Shown piece after piece: positions 18,053 through 27,354 of a stretch of 58,038 bases of DNA. Source of the stretch: an uncultured archaeon (GTDB lineage Archaea; Aenigmatarchaeota; Aenigmatarchaeia; CG10238-14; SCSR01); the NCBI GenBank assembly GCA_964586885.1, contig CAZPID010000001.1:24080-82117 (forward strand), written 5' to 3'. Below the pieces are notes generated by a model that was given only the letters and a program-made list of their open reading frames with translations, was not told where the DNA came from and ran no database searches. The position numbers and the translations under genes were made by a program. How positions within the stretch are numbered: position 1 is the first letter of the stretch; the number at the start of each line of letters is the position of its first letter.

Positions 18053-19004
18053 ACCACCAGTTTGTCCAGTTGCAGTTACAATCTATCAATTCATGTAATC
18101 GTTTTGTACTCATTGGAAATAATTTTTTCTTCAATATTTGTTTAGTATGATAACGGGTAACTTTTTCATCAAAATCACTCCAATTTAATTTTTTACAGAT
18201 ATCTACAATTTTATCCTCCTTATAACCTAACCAACCTAATTCTGCTACAAATGTAGTTCTAATAGAATGTGGAGGTTCTCTATCTTGTTCTAAAATTGAA
18301 ACAATACAAGGACGAATCAAACTCTTAAGCATTGTGAGAACATCTTCTGGAATACTATGGGATTGAGCTTGAAAAATATATTCATGCATGCCTGTCGCTC
18401 TATACATTAAATTAAAATCGACGATTTCATTCAATTTATACCTAGGTTTTGATCCGCCTATAAAAAATTTTGAACTAAATTGTGCTACTTCCTGAGCACT
18501 CCAATTTATAAAATCATCTGGCAAATAAGTACAATATTTTCCAGTCTTAGGGTGAATACTACCCGGAACCCTTACAAGTCTATTAATATCGCCTCTGATT
18601 TGCTGATCAAGATGTTCGATTCCTTCCGTCAACTGCTGAAACGCTTGCATTAACAAAACTTTACCCGTTTCAATATTTGGAGGGATATAGTCTTCAACCA
18701 ATATATAAAAATGAAAACCCTTTGATCCAGAAAAAATAACATGGAAATCTAATCCCTTATCTTTTAATTGCTTATACAGTTTTTTTGCAGAGTGCAATGA
18801 TTCTTCTAAATTCTTGGCATCAATGTCAAACCATAATTTATCAATGATCTTTGCATCATCATATAGACTAACAAATACGTCTGTAAATCCATTTTGCATC
18901 TCTACGAAGTTCTTAAATTCTTTAAAGTTTTTGACTCTTGTCCTGAAGGGATTTCCAACATCTCTAGGAGTCTTACTAAAAAGAATGGTGGTAATTGAAT
19001 CCAT
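18024..19004 (-). CDS. archaeo-eukaryotic primase (AEP, PriS-like)
   Basis: Motif I LWFDIDA, motif II SGSKGFHFYIL, motif III LVRVPGSIHPKTG. Confidence 0.75.
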   Translation of the reverse strand: MDSITTILFSKTPRDVGNPFRTRVKNFKEFKNFVEMQNGFTDVFVSLYDDAKIIDKLWFDIDAKNLEESLHSAKKLYKQLKDKGLDFHVIFSGSKGFHFYILVEDYIPPNIETGKVLLMQAFQQLTEGIEHLDQQIRGDINRLVRVPGSIHPKTGKYCTYLPDDFINWSAQEVAQFSSKFFIGGSKPRYKLNEIVDFNLMYRATGMHEYIFQAQSHSIPEDVLTMLKSLIRPCIVSILEQDREPPHSIRTTFVAELGWLGYKEDKIVDICKKLNWSDFDEKVTRYHTKQILKKKLFPMSTKRLHELIDCNCNWTNWWYEEVHVGKT

Positions 19005-19005
19005 T

Positions 19006-19734
19006 TTACATCCCCTTTATTGGTGCTATTATGTAAGTTATTTCTAAGTCTTCACCTAAGTAAGAAATGGAAACTGGCTCCTGGGTCAAAACTAGCCATA
19101 CTGGACCTGCCAATAATTCTACCACCCTTTGAAGTTTTTCTACATCTAAAATTACCTCTCCTTCAGCGGATTGTGACTTTTGTGTATATTCTAACTTCCT
19201 GACATAAGAAGAAACTGCACTTTTTGCTTCTGCTTTAATCTCGCTATCTGAGTAATTCAGTCTGATTCTATCCGTTCCAATATTGTCTAATTGCGTTATC
19301 TCTAGTTTGTATGCAACTGCTATATCAGCTTTCTCGGTGATATATCCATATTGTGTCCTCTTCACTGTATCAAAAGGTAATGACGTTTCAACTTTCTCTA
19401 AACCTTTCTCCTCATAGACCTCGTTTTTACCAGTCAATGTCACTTTGCCATCCTTAAAGATTAATTCTATTGTCTTATCTCCTTTGAAAGATTTAGAAAG
19501 TCTATTCAACATGTCATTCGCTCTTAATTTAACTTCTCCAATCGGATCATAAGATTCAAAATAATCTTTCTTAAACATTCCAAAGGCTAACATCGTAATT
19601 CCAGCGTCTCTATTTGCTACATAAACACCGTCATCTTTAAAATCTAAAAGCAGTTCTTCAATTTTAGACTTTCCTCCTTTTGAAATACTTGCCAATTCTA
19701 ATAACCGTTGTAACTTAGTTGGTTCTATTCTCAT
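19006..19734 (-). CDS. PCNA-like sliding clamp
   Basis: 242 aa. PCNA-like pattern DGVYVANRDAGITMLAFGMFKKDYFESY and C-terminal VSISYLGEDLEITYIIAPIK (cf. the canonical ...yLAPr ending). Next to the primase, and RFC is encoded in the same window. Confidence 0.7.
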   Translation of the reverse strand: MRIEPTKLQRLLELASISKGGKSKIEELLLDFKDDGVYVANRDAGITMLAFGMFKKDYFESYDPIGEVKLRANDMLNRLSKSFKGDKTIELIFKDGKVTLTGKNEVYEEKGLEKVETSLPFDTVKRTQYGYITEKADIAVAYKLEITQLDNIGTDRIRLNYSDSEIKAEAKSAVSSYVRKLEYTQKSQSAEGEVILDVEKLQRVVELLAGPVWLVLTQEPVSISYLGEDLEITYIIAPIKGM

Positions 19735-19857
19735 GCGCTCATTATCACCTCCTTTTTAGGTCCGCCGACCTCCTCTCCATTTGTGGTACTCGCTGTACCA
19801 AATTGTTTTTCCAATCCTGGTTTCTCCAAGTGCATAATATCTCTTATCTCATCAAAG

Positions 19858-20907
19858 TCAATTAGCATTCTTTGCTACCTCCTCTTTTACATCCCAAAAC
19901 TTTTTGCCAGTTATATCAAACCTAACTCCAGTTTTTAATACTCTGGGATCTTTACTAGTTACAATGACCGCATAATGCTTCTTAGATTCTAAATCATGTT
20001 CCGCTTTGATTACATAATCAGTTTCCGTCATTATAACATCAATCCATTTTGGAACTTTTTTTGTTGTAATAATTTCTCCTTGAATTACCAATTCATCTTT
20101 TTCTGAGAACAATGTATAGATCACACCTTTTTTGGCTATTTCCATCGCCTTATTATGTACTTGTCTTAACAAGGTTTTTCTTTCCTTCCAGAGATTAAAA
20201 TTTGCAATTCCTGCATAAGCTTCTAAGCCATTATTATAACGCATTTTCCATTCACATACCTGATGTAAATATTCTACTGCATCAAATATAATCCAATCAG
20301 GATTAATTGCTCGTGAATAGTCTAAAATTGCTAAAACATAATCATAGGTTATTGATGCTGATTTTACGGTGGCTGACTGATTGTGATAGTCCATATATTT
20401 CATTCCATTAAAAACATGAATTTCGTTTGCATTATCATATCTAGTTTCCTTAATGATTGCAGTCTTATTATCCATACTTATTGCGACCTTTTCGCCTGGA
20501 AAACTTAGTGCGATAGTAGTCTTTCCTTCTCCTTTATCACTATGGATAGTGTAGATAGATTTAGCTCCTGGTAAATCCTCTTTAATCTCTCCAAATTCAT
20601 GTTTTTCTGTACCTTTTGGCTTTTGTTCTTCTACTACACTAAATATTTCTGGAGGCTTTGGAACTTCGGTCGTCGATACGACTTCTGCAGCCTGTGTTGG
20701 TTCAGTCCGTACCTTTTTAGTCGTTTTAACTTTGAACATATCTTCTTCTTCAGTTGTTTCCTGAGGTTTTTCCTCTTCGATCTTTACTTCTTCAGATTTT
20801 TTCTCTTGAGGTTTCTCTTCTTCGACCACCTGCTTTGGTTCTTCCTTTTTGGGCGGAGTAGCCTCCTTTAAGGAATTAAACAGATTGTCTAAATCTTCTT
20901 CGCCCAA
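19858..20907 (-). CDS. RecA-fold P-loop ATPase (AAA_24/Sak4-like) with E/K-rich N-terminus
   Basis: Walker A HSDKGEGKTT, Walker B-like WIIFDAVEYL; low-complexity EEKPQE repeats at the N-terminus. Confidence 0.55.
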   Translation of the reverse strand: MGEEDLDNLFNSLKEATPPKKEEPKQVVEEEKPQEKKSEEVKIEEEKPQETTEEEDMFKVKTTKKVRTEPTQAAEVVSTTEVPKPPEIFSVVEEQKPKGTEKHEFGEIKEDLPGAKSIYTIHSDKGEGKTTIALSFPGEKVAISMDNKTAIIKETRYDNANEIHVFNGMKYMDYHNQSATVKSASITYDYVLAILDYSRAINPDWIIFDAVEYLHQVCEWKMRYNNGLEAYAGIANFNLWKERKTLLRQVHNKAMEIAKKGVIYTLFSEKDELVIQGEIITTKKVPKWIDVIMTETDYVIKAEHDLESKKHYAVIVTSKDPRVLKTGVRFDITGKKFWDVKEEVAKNAN

Positions 20908-21789
20908 TTAATCACCTCCTATTGGAATAGCATGAATTGGAATAATATTAATAACCTGCATCTGAGCCTCTTCATCTTCATTTAGATATAAAGTTCCAAT
21001 AAAATAGCATTCACTTTCATTTTCAAAAACCATAAGATGCGAAGGAGTCCAAGCCGTCATCTCAGTTTGTAATAATTTTCCGTCTGATGTTGTTACATCC
21101 TCTTTAACGGTACCGTCACAAATGGTATAAACTCCCCATTCACTCGAATCTTCTCTAACTCCCTGATTATGTCTACAAATTACAGCCTTTATCATTTTTA
21201 GATCCATTTCATCAACATATTTTGTACCTATTTTTAATTTACTTAAATTATATGGAACCTCACTTTGAGTAATCTGTTTAACTCCCACATCTTTTATGTA
21301 AAAATCATAAGGTTTAGCAGCATATGACTGCCCGCCAACAAACTCAGTTTCCTCCGTAGCAAAAAATAGATCTTTACCTGGACCCAATTTAGTAACATAT
21401 CCATGGAGAACATTAACTTTGGTTACTAGATCAGCCTTTCTATCACTGCACATTATTGGGCATTTCTTCCATTCTCTTGTACTAGTTTTAGGTTTTATTA
21501 GAGCATAAATTTTACTATAAAGTTTTTTACTGGATTTTTTCTCCCTAATATCAGATGTTCCGAATGGAACAACGACGCATTCTTCTGTCTTAGGCCTTGA
21601 TGCAAATTTTACCCAAATTACATTTGCAGCATAATCATGTTTATCTTGATCTGATTTAAATGTAGCATCATTTTGGATGAAATCCGAATTAAAAACCTGA
21701 TCATACCTTTGAACTACTTCTTGTCTAGGAACTTGGAGAGTATCAATAATCCTCTTAAAAACTTCTTCAACATTTTCTGGATACATCAA
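20908..21789 (-). CDS. hypothetical protein
   Basis: 293-aa track ORF abutting the ATPase gene; no motif recognised. Confidence 0.55.
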   Translation of the reverse strand: MMYPENVEEVFKRIIDTLQVPRQEVVQRYDQVFNSDFIQNDATFKSDQDKHDYAANVIWVKFASRPKTEECVVVPFGTSDIREKKSSKKLYSKIYALIKPKTSTREWKKCPIMCSDRKADLVTKVNVLHGYVTKLGPGKDLFFATEETEFVGGQSYAAKPYDFYIKDVGVKQITQSEVPYNLSKLKIGTKYVDEMDLKMIKAVICRHNQGVREDSSEWGVYTICDGTVKEDVTTSDGKLLQTEMTAWTPSHLMVFENESECYFIGTLYLNEDEEAQMQVINIIPIHAIPIGGD

Positions 21790-22127
21790 TTCAATACCTT
21801 CATATCCGGAAAACTCCAGATTCTATATTGCTTTGAAGTGGTATCATAGATTATCAATTGAACCTCGTCAAAATATTTCAATGCTAACTGTAAAGTACAC
21901 GAAGTAACTAACGGATTTCCAATAGAAACAATACGAGCTACCGATTCATTGACAATCTGTTTAGCATGATTTAAGGCCCTATCAATATCGAGTGTCCATA
22001 AAGAACTTTTCAAATCTACAAATTCTTTATCTAATAAAACAATAAAATTTATTTCACCATTATAGATTTTGTTTAAAGGTCCTCTAACATTGTGGTGTGT
22101 TAGGAGTGGAAGCATTACATGTACCAT
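21786..22127 (-). CDS. hypothetical protein
   Basis: 113-aa track ORF, coupled to neighbours. Confidence 0.5.
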   Translation of the reverse strand: MVHVMLPLLTHHNVRGPLNKIYNGEINFIVLLDKEFVDLKSSLWTLDIDRALNHAKQIVNESVARIVSIGNPLVTSCTLQLALKYFDEVQLIIYDTTSKQYRIWSFPDMKVLN

Positions 22128-23914
22128 TATCTCACCTTTAAATATTGAACTACTTGCCTTCTAAAATGAGAAGTCATTATATGGGCTGCTTGTTCCATAT
22201 CTGTAGCAGTAGTAAATCCTGAACCAAAAATCGTTTCCATATATCCGTCCGACGCACCGCCAGTATAAATGCTTAAAAGTGTGATTCCTGATTTCTTACA
22301 ATCTCTTACAGCTTTCCTAGCCAAAGAGGTTAACCAATCTCGGTTAACTTCTCTATATTGTGTAGACATTTGTGGAGAACCATCAGTCACAACTATTAAC
22401 AATTTTTTGGCCGCCTTTTTATTGTTTAAAATATGTTGAGCGTATTGAATGGCCAGATGGGTTGGCGTATATGGATAACCACGTACTCCAGTCAATCGTC
22501 CTATATCTTCTAGCCTATTAATATCGACTACGGCAAGCGCATAAAATCTCTCTGGAGCTGAAAAACCTATTACAGATAACTCTATATTGTCTATCTTCTT
22601 GAGACTATAGAATAAGGTTGCCGAAATATTCCTTGCAATATCTAATGGTACTCCAGACATAGAACCACTACAATCTACCAAAATGGTAACAGCTAGACCA
22701 TTATCAATTTTCTCATCTTCAAAAATATTTCCCTGCTTCCTCACCTTGAACTGAATATACTCGTCTAAATCAATTTGAGTTCCATCTTCATCAATATCTT
22801 CAGCATATTTTCCTTTTATAGTTCTAAAAAGCCTATTTAATTGATGTGCTAATCCATAATCTACCTGAACATCTGATACTGGTCTGTCTATCCACATAAC
22901 TCTTCCTTCTACAGTAGGAATTACATTAGGATCAATATGTTTCTGAGACTGGACTTCATCCAATCTTCTCTTTAGTTTTTCTAAAACTTCTTCTTCCTCC
23001 TTTTGTGATTCCTCTAAAGCCTTCTCAAATTCTTCGTCATTTTCGGTAACATCTATATCTAATTCCAATGGTTCCGCTTCCTTAAAATCATCATGATCTC
23101 CATCAAATTGATCTGCATTTGCTAAAGATTGATCTAATCTTACTTGGTTTTTAGTATAGTTCGAATCTCGATCTTCTTCGTTTCCCTTTCCAGAATCTTT
23201 ATCTCGTCCTTGTTCGCCAGTTTTACCATCTTTTTGCTCACCTGTTTCTGAACCAGATAAATTTAACATTTCTGTTTCTGGAGGAATAACCTGCGATAAA
23301 AACCAAGGTTTAACTAAGGATTCAAAATATTTTTTAGTTAAAAGTACTCCCGCACTTCTTCCTTTAAACTCAACCTTCTTAATGTATTCAATCGCTTCTG
23401 GCCATTTACTATCCTTTACTAGATCACCTCTATCAAATCTAGCAGCAAAAATGGCATCTATTGGATTATCAATATTATTCACATTAGACTTACCAACGAG
23501 TTTCCTAAATTCTACTCTTCTTTTAGCAAATCCTGGATGTAATTTACCATAATTTGAATCAACCCGTGTATCTTCAATAATATTGTAAATGGACTTTATA
23601 ATTCGTTTTCCTCGCTCTCGATATTTTTCTGGGAGATCCTTTGCCAAGGCCTTACAGACTTCTGCTATAAATTTAACTGGAGTATCATCTATATAATGGC
23701 TAATTTCATGTTCAAAAGTTGAATAAGGCTTACAGAATTTAGAATTTTCATCGATAGTAATTTCGTAGCACGGATTAGGTCCTCGCTTAAAAAAAATATG
23801 GGAACCTCCGCCGGAACTAAATCTTAAATAGATTTTTTCTTTTCCGCGGAGGTTTTCAAAAATACTTTTGGTCTTGTAAAAGACATCCTTTTGGGCTAAA
23901 ACTAGTCGTGGCAT
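22127..23914 (-). CDS. vWA-domain protein (CobT-like) with N-terminal HExxH motif
   Basis: MIDAS motif LVDCSGSMSG, LLIVVTDGSP; N-terminal FEHEISHYID; acidic linker. Confidence 0.75.
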   Translation of the reverse strand: MPRLVLAQKDVFYKTKSIFENLRGKEKIYLRFSSGGGSHIFFKRGPNPCYEITIDENSKFCKPYSTFEHEISHYIDDTPVKFIAEVCKALAKDLPEKYRERGKRIIKSIYNIIEDTRVDSNYGKLHPGFAKRRVEFRKLVGKSNVNNIDNPIDAIFAARFDRGDLVKDSKWPEAIEYIKKVEFKGRSAGVLLTKKYFESLVKPWFLSQVIPPETEMLNLSGSETGEQKDGKTGEQGRDKDSGKGNEEDRDSNYTKNQVRLDQSLANADQFDGDHDDFKEAEPLELDIDVTENDEEFEKALEESQKEEEEVLEKLKRRLDEVQSQKHIDPNVIPTVEGRVMWIDRPVSDVQVDYGLAHQLNRLFRTIKGKYAEDIDEDGTQIDLDEYIQFKVRKQGNIFEDEKIDNGLAVTILVDCSGSMSGVPLDIARNISATLFYSLKKIDNIELSVIGFSAPERFYALAVVDINRLEDIGRLTGVRGYPYTPTHLAIQYAQHILNNKKAAKKLLIVVTDGSPQMSTQYREVNRDWLTSLARKAVRDCKKSGITLLSIYTGGASDGYMETIFGSGFTTATDMEQAAHIMTSHFRRQVVQYLKVR

Positions 23915-25024
23915 TTAGACCTTACTCCCAAGGTCTACTGCAAATGTACTGGAGATTCTAGCTTTAACTGCTTCCACATGCTTATCTACCTCATACAGAC
24001 CCAAGACTGCAACCGTAAGAGCTTTTTCAAGGGCTTCCGGTTCCGTCATTCCTGAAGTTTGGAATTCTTTATAAATCCGCAAGAACTTAACTTCATCTCT
24101 TGGACTCAGTGCATATTCCAATGTATTGTCTGCAACTGCAGCTCTTAACTCTTTAGACAACATCAATAGATGGTCTACGTTTTCTTTTGGAACATCTGCT
24201 GTTGCTATAATTTTCTTTTCTTGTACTGTATTTGGATAATCCCATCTCCAAACGGTAAATCTACTAAGTAGATCCTCATTTAATTCATGTACTCCTCCAT
24301 AGTATGAAGGATTCTGAGTTGCACAAATTAGAAGTTTTGCACCTTCTGCTAATTTGTAGATCTTTCCAATTTCTGGAATATGTATATGACGTCTCCAATC
24401 AAGTAATTGATTTAGGATCTTCTGTATTTGAGGAGTTAACGCATTCAGTTCCTCTAGTACAAGTATCGCCGTTCCACATTGATTTGCTACTTCAATTGCT
24501 CTTGGTAAGAATCCCAAATCAAAAACAACTTGTTCTCCTTGTAGTCTAAAACGACCTATCAAATCCGTTCTCTTAGTATTTTCCGAACAGTCCGTCTGTA
24601 GGATTGGAATTTTTTTCTTTTTTGCGTAACTTGCTATGGCTAAGGTTTTTCCAATTCCTTTTGGTCCTGAAACCAAAATTGGAATTTCCGCATTTAGATG
24701 TGACTCAAATACAATCTCTTCTGCGTTAAAAGGAAAATATTCTGGACAATCATCCAACATATATTCCCGATAGTCAATAGGAGTAATAGGAACTCCATTC
24801 ACTATTTCTAAAGGTTCCAATCTTTTCTCAGTAGGAATTACACTTGTCTGAGTAGATTCAAGTCCACCATTTGTAAAAAAGTCAACAAGTATTTTTTTCC
24901 TAAATTCTTGTCCGTCCTTTGTAAAAGGTTTGCCACCTTTACCTTTCTCCAAGTATACTTGGATTTGTTCTCGTACCTGTTTTGATAGATTTTTATTCTG
25001 CGATTTTTGGTTTTGTGAATTCAT
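23915..25024 (-). CDS. MoxR/CobS-like AAA+ ATPase
   Basis: Walker A ILVSGPKGIGKT, Walker B AILVLEELNAL; paired with the downstream vWA protein. Confidence 0.8.
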   Translation of the reverse strand: MNSQNQKSQNKNLSKQVREQIQVYLEKGKGGKPFTKDGQEFRKKILVDFFTNGGLESTQTSVIPTEKRLEPLEIVNGVPITPIDYREYMLDDCPEYFPFNAEEIVFESHLNAEIPILVSGPKGIGKTLAIASYAKKKKIPILQTDCSENTKRTDLIGRFRLQGEQVVFDLGFLPRAIEVANQCGTAILVLEELNALTPQIQKILNQLLDWRRHIHIPEIGKIYKLAEGAKLLICATQNPSYYGGVHELNEDLLSRFTVWRWDYPNTVQEKKIIATADVPKENVDHLLMLSKELRAAVADNTLEYALSPRDEVKFLRIYKEFQTSGMTEPEALEKALTVAVLGLYEVDKHVEAVKARISSTFAVDLGSKV

Positions 25025-25047
25025 TATTTGTTAATTCTGTGTATGTA

Positions 25048-25065
25048 ATATAAAGTTTTATGTAT
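25048..25065 (-). promoter_or_regulatory. BRE/TATA-like promoter element (variant ATACATAAAACTTTATAT)
   Basis: 16/18 match to the 18-mer at 45865..45882 and 3928..3945; ends 23 nt upstream of the ATG at 25024, consistent with a leaderless or short-leader transcript. Confidence 0.45.
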
Positions 25066-25136
25066 ATTGCTTATAAAATATTTCTTCTCGTTTCACAGAA
25101 ACATAAGTTAAAATAACAAAAAAAGTATATTTTTTT

Positions 25137-25283
25137 ATGTATATGAAACCAGTCGGTTTAGACGAAGAATCCTATGGGATCTTAAAAAAGGTAAGGAATA
25201 CCCTAAAGAAAAAGGGAATTAATGGCGTAACATTTAGCGATGCTGTTAAAAAACTTGCTGAAAATCATTCATTGGTAAAATAA
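25137..25283 (+). CDS. ribbon-helix-helix-like small protein (48 aa, below the track cutoff)
   Basis: MYMKPVGLDEESYGILKKVRNTLKKKGINGVTFSDAVKKLAENHSLVK shows a beta-strand plus two helices pattern; it is the only plus-strand ORF inside the minus block. Confidence 0.4.
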   Translation: MYMKPVGLDEESYGILKKVRNTLKKKGINGVTFSDAVKKLAENHSLVK

Positions 25284-25337
25284 ATACCATACCAAAACCC
25301 AAATCAATTACACAAAGATAAAAAGTATTATCTTCAA

Positions 25338-26651
25338 TTATCTGTTTAAGTTGGTCCACATCATTGCTGTATCAATGGACATTGCTTTATCTCCATACTG
25401 TATTGCTTTAGCTTCATGCTTTTTATCAAATAATCTCGAACCTCTAGTGCCTTTCTTTTTAATAATAATTATTCTTTCAGTTTCTAACAATGTATGCAAC
25501 ACATTTTTTAGTTGAGATTTTGGCCACATTAATTTCTTATATACCTCGCTCCATGGAATGCCATCTTCTTTTGCTTTTTTGATATGACTGAACATAATAT
25601 CTGCTTGAGGTGCCAATGTTGTAATAGGTATTGTGGTTGTCATGCTGCTCCATTGGCCTAACATCATCTGGAAATGCTTATGATGATTTCCTACTTTATT
25701 AATTCCCCAAACCATACTTTCTTCACTGATCGGAAATTCTGAAGCTGGAAATTGAGGAAGAGTTTCTATCAATTTACTAAGCTCATAAAGTCCGGCCAAC
25801 TTTAAAGCAAACTCTGGTAAACGTGTAAGATAGGAATAATGAATATCTAAGAAATCATTGGCATATATCCTAAAAGCTTTATCAAAACATTTCTTCCTAA
25901 ATTCAACCCACATTGCTGCAGCTTCAGGATTTGGCATTAATACTTGAATAGGATTTTCTGCCACATGCGTTAACATTTCTGCAAATTCATGCATCTTATC
26001 TTCCATCTCCATAGATCTCTTAATGTTAAGAAAAACGTCTTCTACGGACAGAATATTAGAACGCGTAGTTTCATGAATTATATACATGAACCTGTTACCT
26101 GTTCCCTGCAAGAAAAATTCAGGTTTCATTATTCTATACAAATATGGAGTCGTAGCTCCTAAGAATGTGATATAGGTATCTTGGGCTTCTTCCAGTTTTG
26201 CTTTCCTTGTATATCTTTTTTGCGCGATTCCATCATAAAGTTCAGAAAGAAATTCTATCATATCTGCCAGATATTCCTTGTTTGCGTCTTTAAACAGACT
26301 GCTTGCTTCATCCCTAATAATACATCCCCAAGGATGATCTTTGCTTAGCCATTCAATAAATCCTTCCACACTGAATCTATTTGGCATGATTACTGGATAG
26401 TTTATCTTTTGTGTTATTTCTGCCAATATTGGAAAGACCATAGAAGTTAAAGGAGTAGTTTTTGCCGCTAATCCACTCGGCCCAATCATCATAAACCAAG
26501 TATTTAAATGAAGACGACCTAAACTGGTTCTAATATATTTGTCCCTTGTTACCATTGTAGAAATCATAGTGGTAGCAATGCTCTCGGCCCAGAGTTCTGA
26601 AGTCGGAATATTTTCTAAGATAAAATCTTTAAAGTCCTCAATAAAGTGCAA
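25338..26651 (-). CDS. P-loop NTPase, putative replicative helicase-like protein (TTG start)
   Basis: 437 aa; Walker A-like MMIGPSGLAAKTT, Walker B-like CIIRDEASSLF; family assignment (DUF3987-like) is tentative. Confidence 0.45.
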   Translation of the reverse strand: MHFIEDFKDFILENIPTSELWAESIATTMISTMVTRDKYIRTSLGRLHLNTWFMMIGPSGLAAKTTPLTSMVFPILAEITQKINYPVIMPNRFSVEGFIEWLSKDHPWGCIIRDEASSLFKDANKEYLADMIEFLSELYDGIAQKRYTRKAKLEEAQDTYITFLGATTPYLYRIMKPEFFLQGTGNRFMYIIHETTRSNILSVEDVFLNIKRSMEMEDKMHEFAEMLTHVAENPIQVLMPNPEAAAMWVEFRKKCFDKAFRIYANDFLDIHYSYLTRLPEFALKLAGLYELSKLIETLPQFPASEFPISEESMVWGINKVGNHHKHFQMMLGQWSSMTTTIPITTLAPQADIMFSHIKKAKEDGIPWSEVYKKLMWPKSQLKNVLHTLLETERIIIIKKKGTRGSRLFDKKHEAKAIQYGDKAMSIDTAMMWTNLNR

Positions 26652-26818
26652 ATCACAATCCTCGTAGTTTTTGTAATTGTATTAGACCGTTAAAAAATTT
26701 TTGTTATTTTTCCAAATGCACAATCCAACCACACTCATTGACATTCTATCTCTTGCCATAGTATTTTCTAGTGATAAGGTTATTTATTCTTGTTTTTTCT
26801 CAGTATGATCGAATAATA

Positions 26819-26843
26819 AACTCAGTACAGATAGTGTACTGAG
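26819..26843. repeat. perfect 9-bp inverted repeat (hairpin/operator) in a divergent intergenic region
   Basis: ACTCAGTAC-agatagt-GTACTGAGT; a related CTCAGTATGA lies just upstream. Confidence 0.6.
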
Positions 26844-26886
26844 TATGAAAACAATACTTTTTATTTTTTAAAAAAATAGAGTAATT

Positions 26887-27354
26887 ATGAATCATAACGA
26901 AACGACATTCTATCAGAATACCATTGGAATGGGATTTCAAACCTTCCATAGTGGCCTTCCAGATTTCCTACTTATTGTAGGAAATAAAATTTTATATGTT
27001 GAAATTAAAAGTTCAGAAAATACCCAAATTCCTTATAGACAATATATCGCTCTCAAAGCTCTGCATGATGCTGGAATAATAGTAGGAATCTGTTTCGATG
27101 GTGATATTAACTCAATATTCCGTTTCAATCCTAAATTTAAAAGGAATCTCCAACTTTATCTTATAGAAAAAAATTTACCAAAAATAAGTTTAGGCCAGAT
27201 TATGGGACTTTACCACAAAGAAAAAGAATTAGCCCTTCCAATAAAAGAACAGAGTTTTGAAAGAAAACTAGAAACCTTAGCTGATAAAAAAGGTAAGAAA
27301 CCTGAAGAACTAACTGCAGAAGAAATCTTCCCAGTAAAGCAGGACCTATCGTAG
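26887..27354 (+). CDS. VRR-NUC / PD-(D/E)XK nuclease (resolvase-like)
   Basis: GLPDFLLIVGNKILYVEIKS (D...ExK) followed by IPYRQYIALKALHDAGIIVGI. Confidence 0.55.
   Translation: MNHNETTFYQNTIGMGFQTFHSGLPDFLLIVGNKILYVEIKSSENTQIPYRQYIALKALHDAGIIVGICFDGDINSIFRFNPKFKRNLQLYLIEKNLPKISLGQIMGLYHKEKELALPIKEQSFERKLETLADKKGKKPEELTAEEIFPVKQDLS

Noticed and set aside
2793-24549. Short plus-strand ORFs inside the long minus-strand genes (2793..3155, 2971..3186, 7422..7634, 8232..8459, 9440..9688, 12370..12582, 14459..14713, 16100..16333, 16504..16734, 17058..17343, 18814..19202, 20599..20871, 24304..24549).
   Set aside because: All lie antisense within ORFs that carry strong enzyme motifs (PolB, DpdA, radical SAM, QueC, QueE and others) and have low-complexity hydrophobic products.
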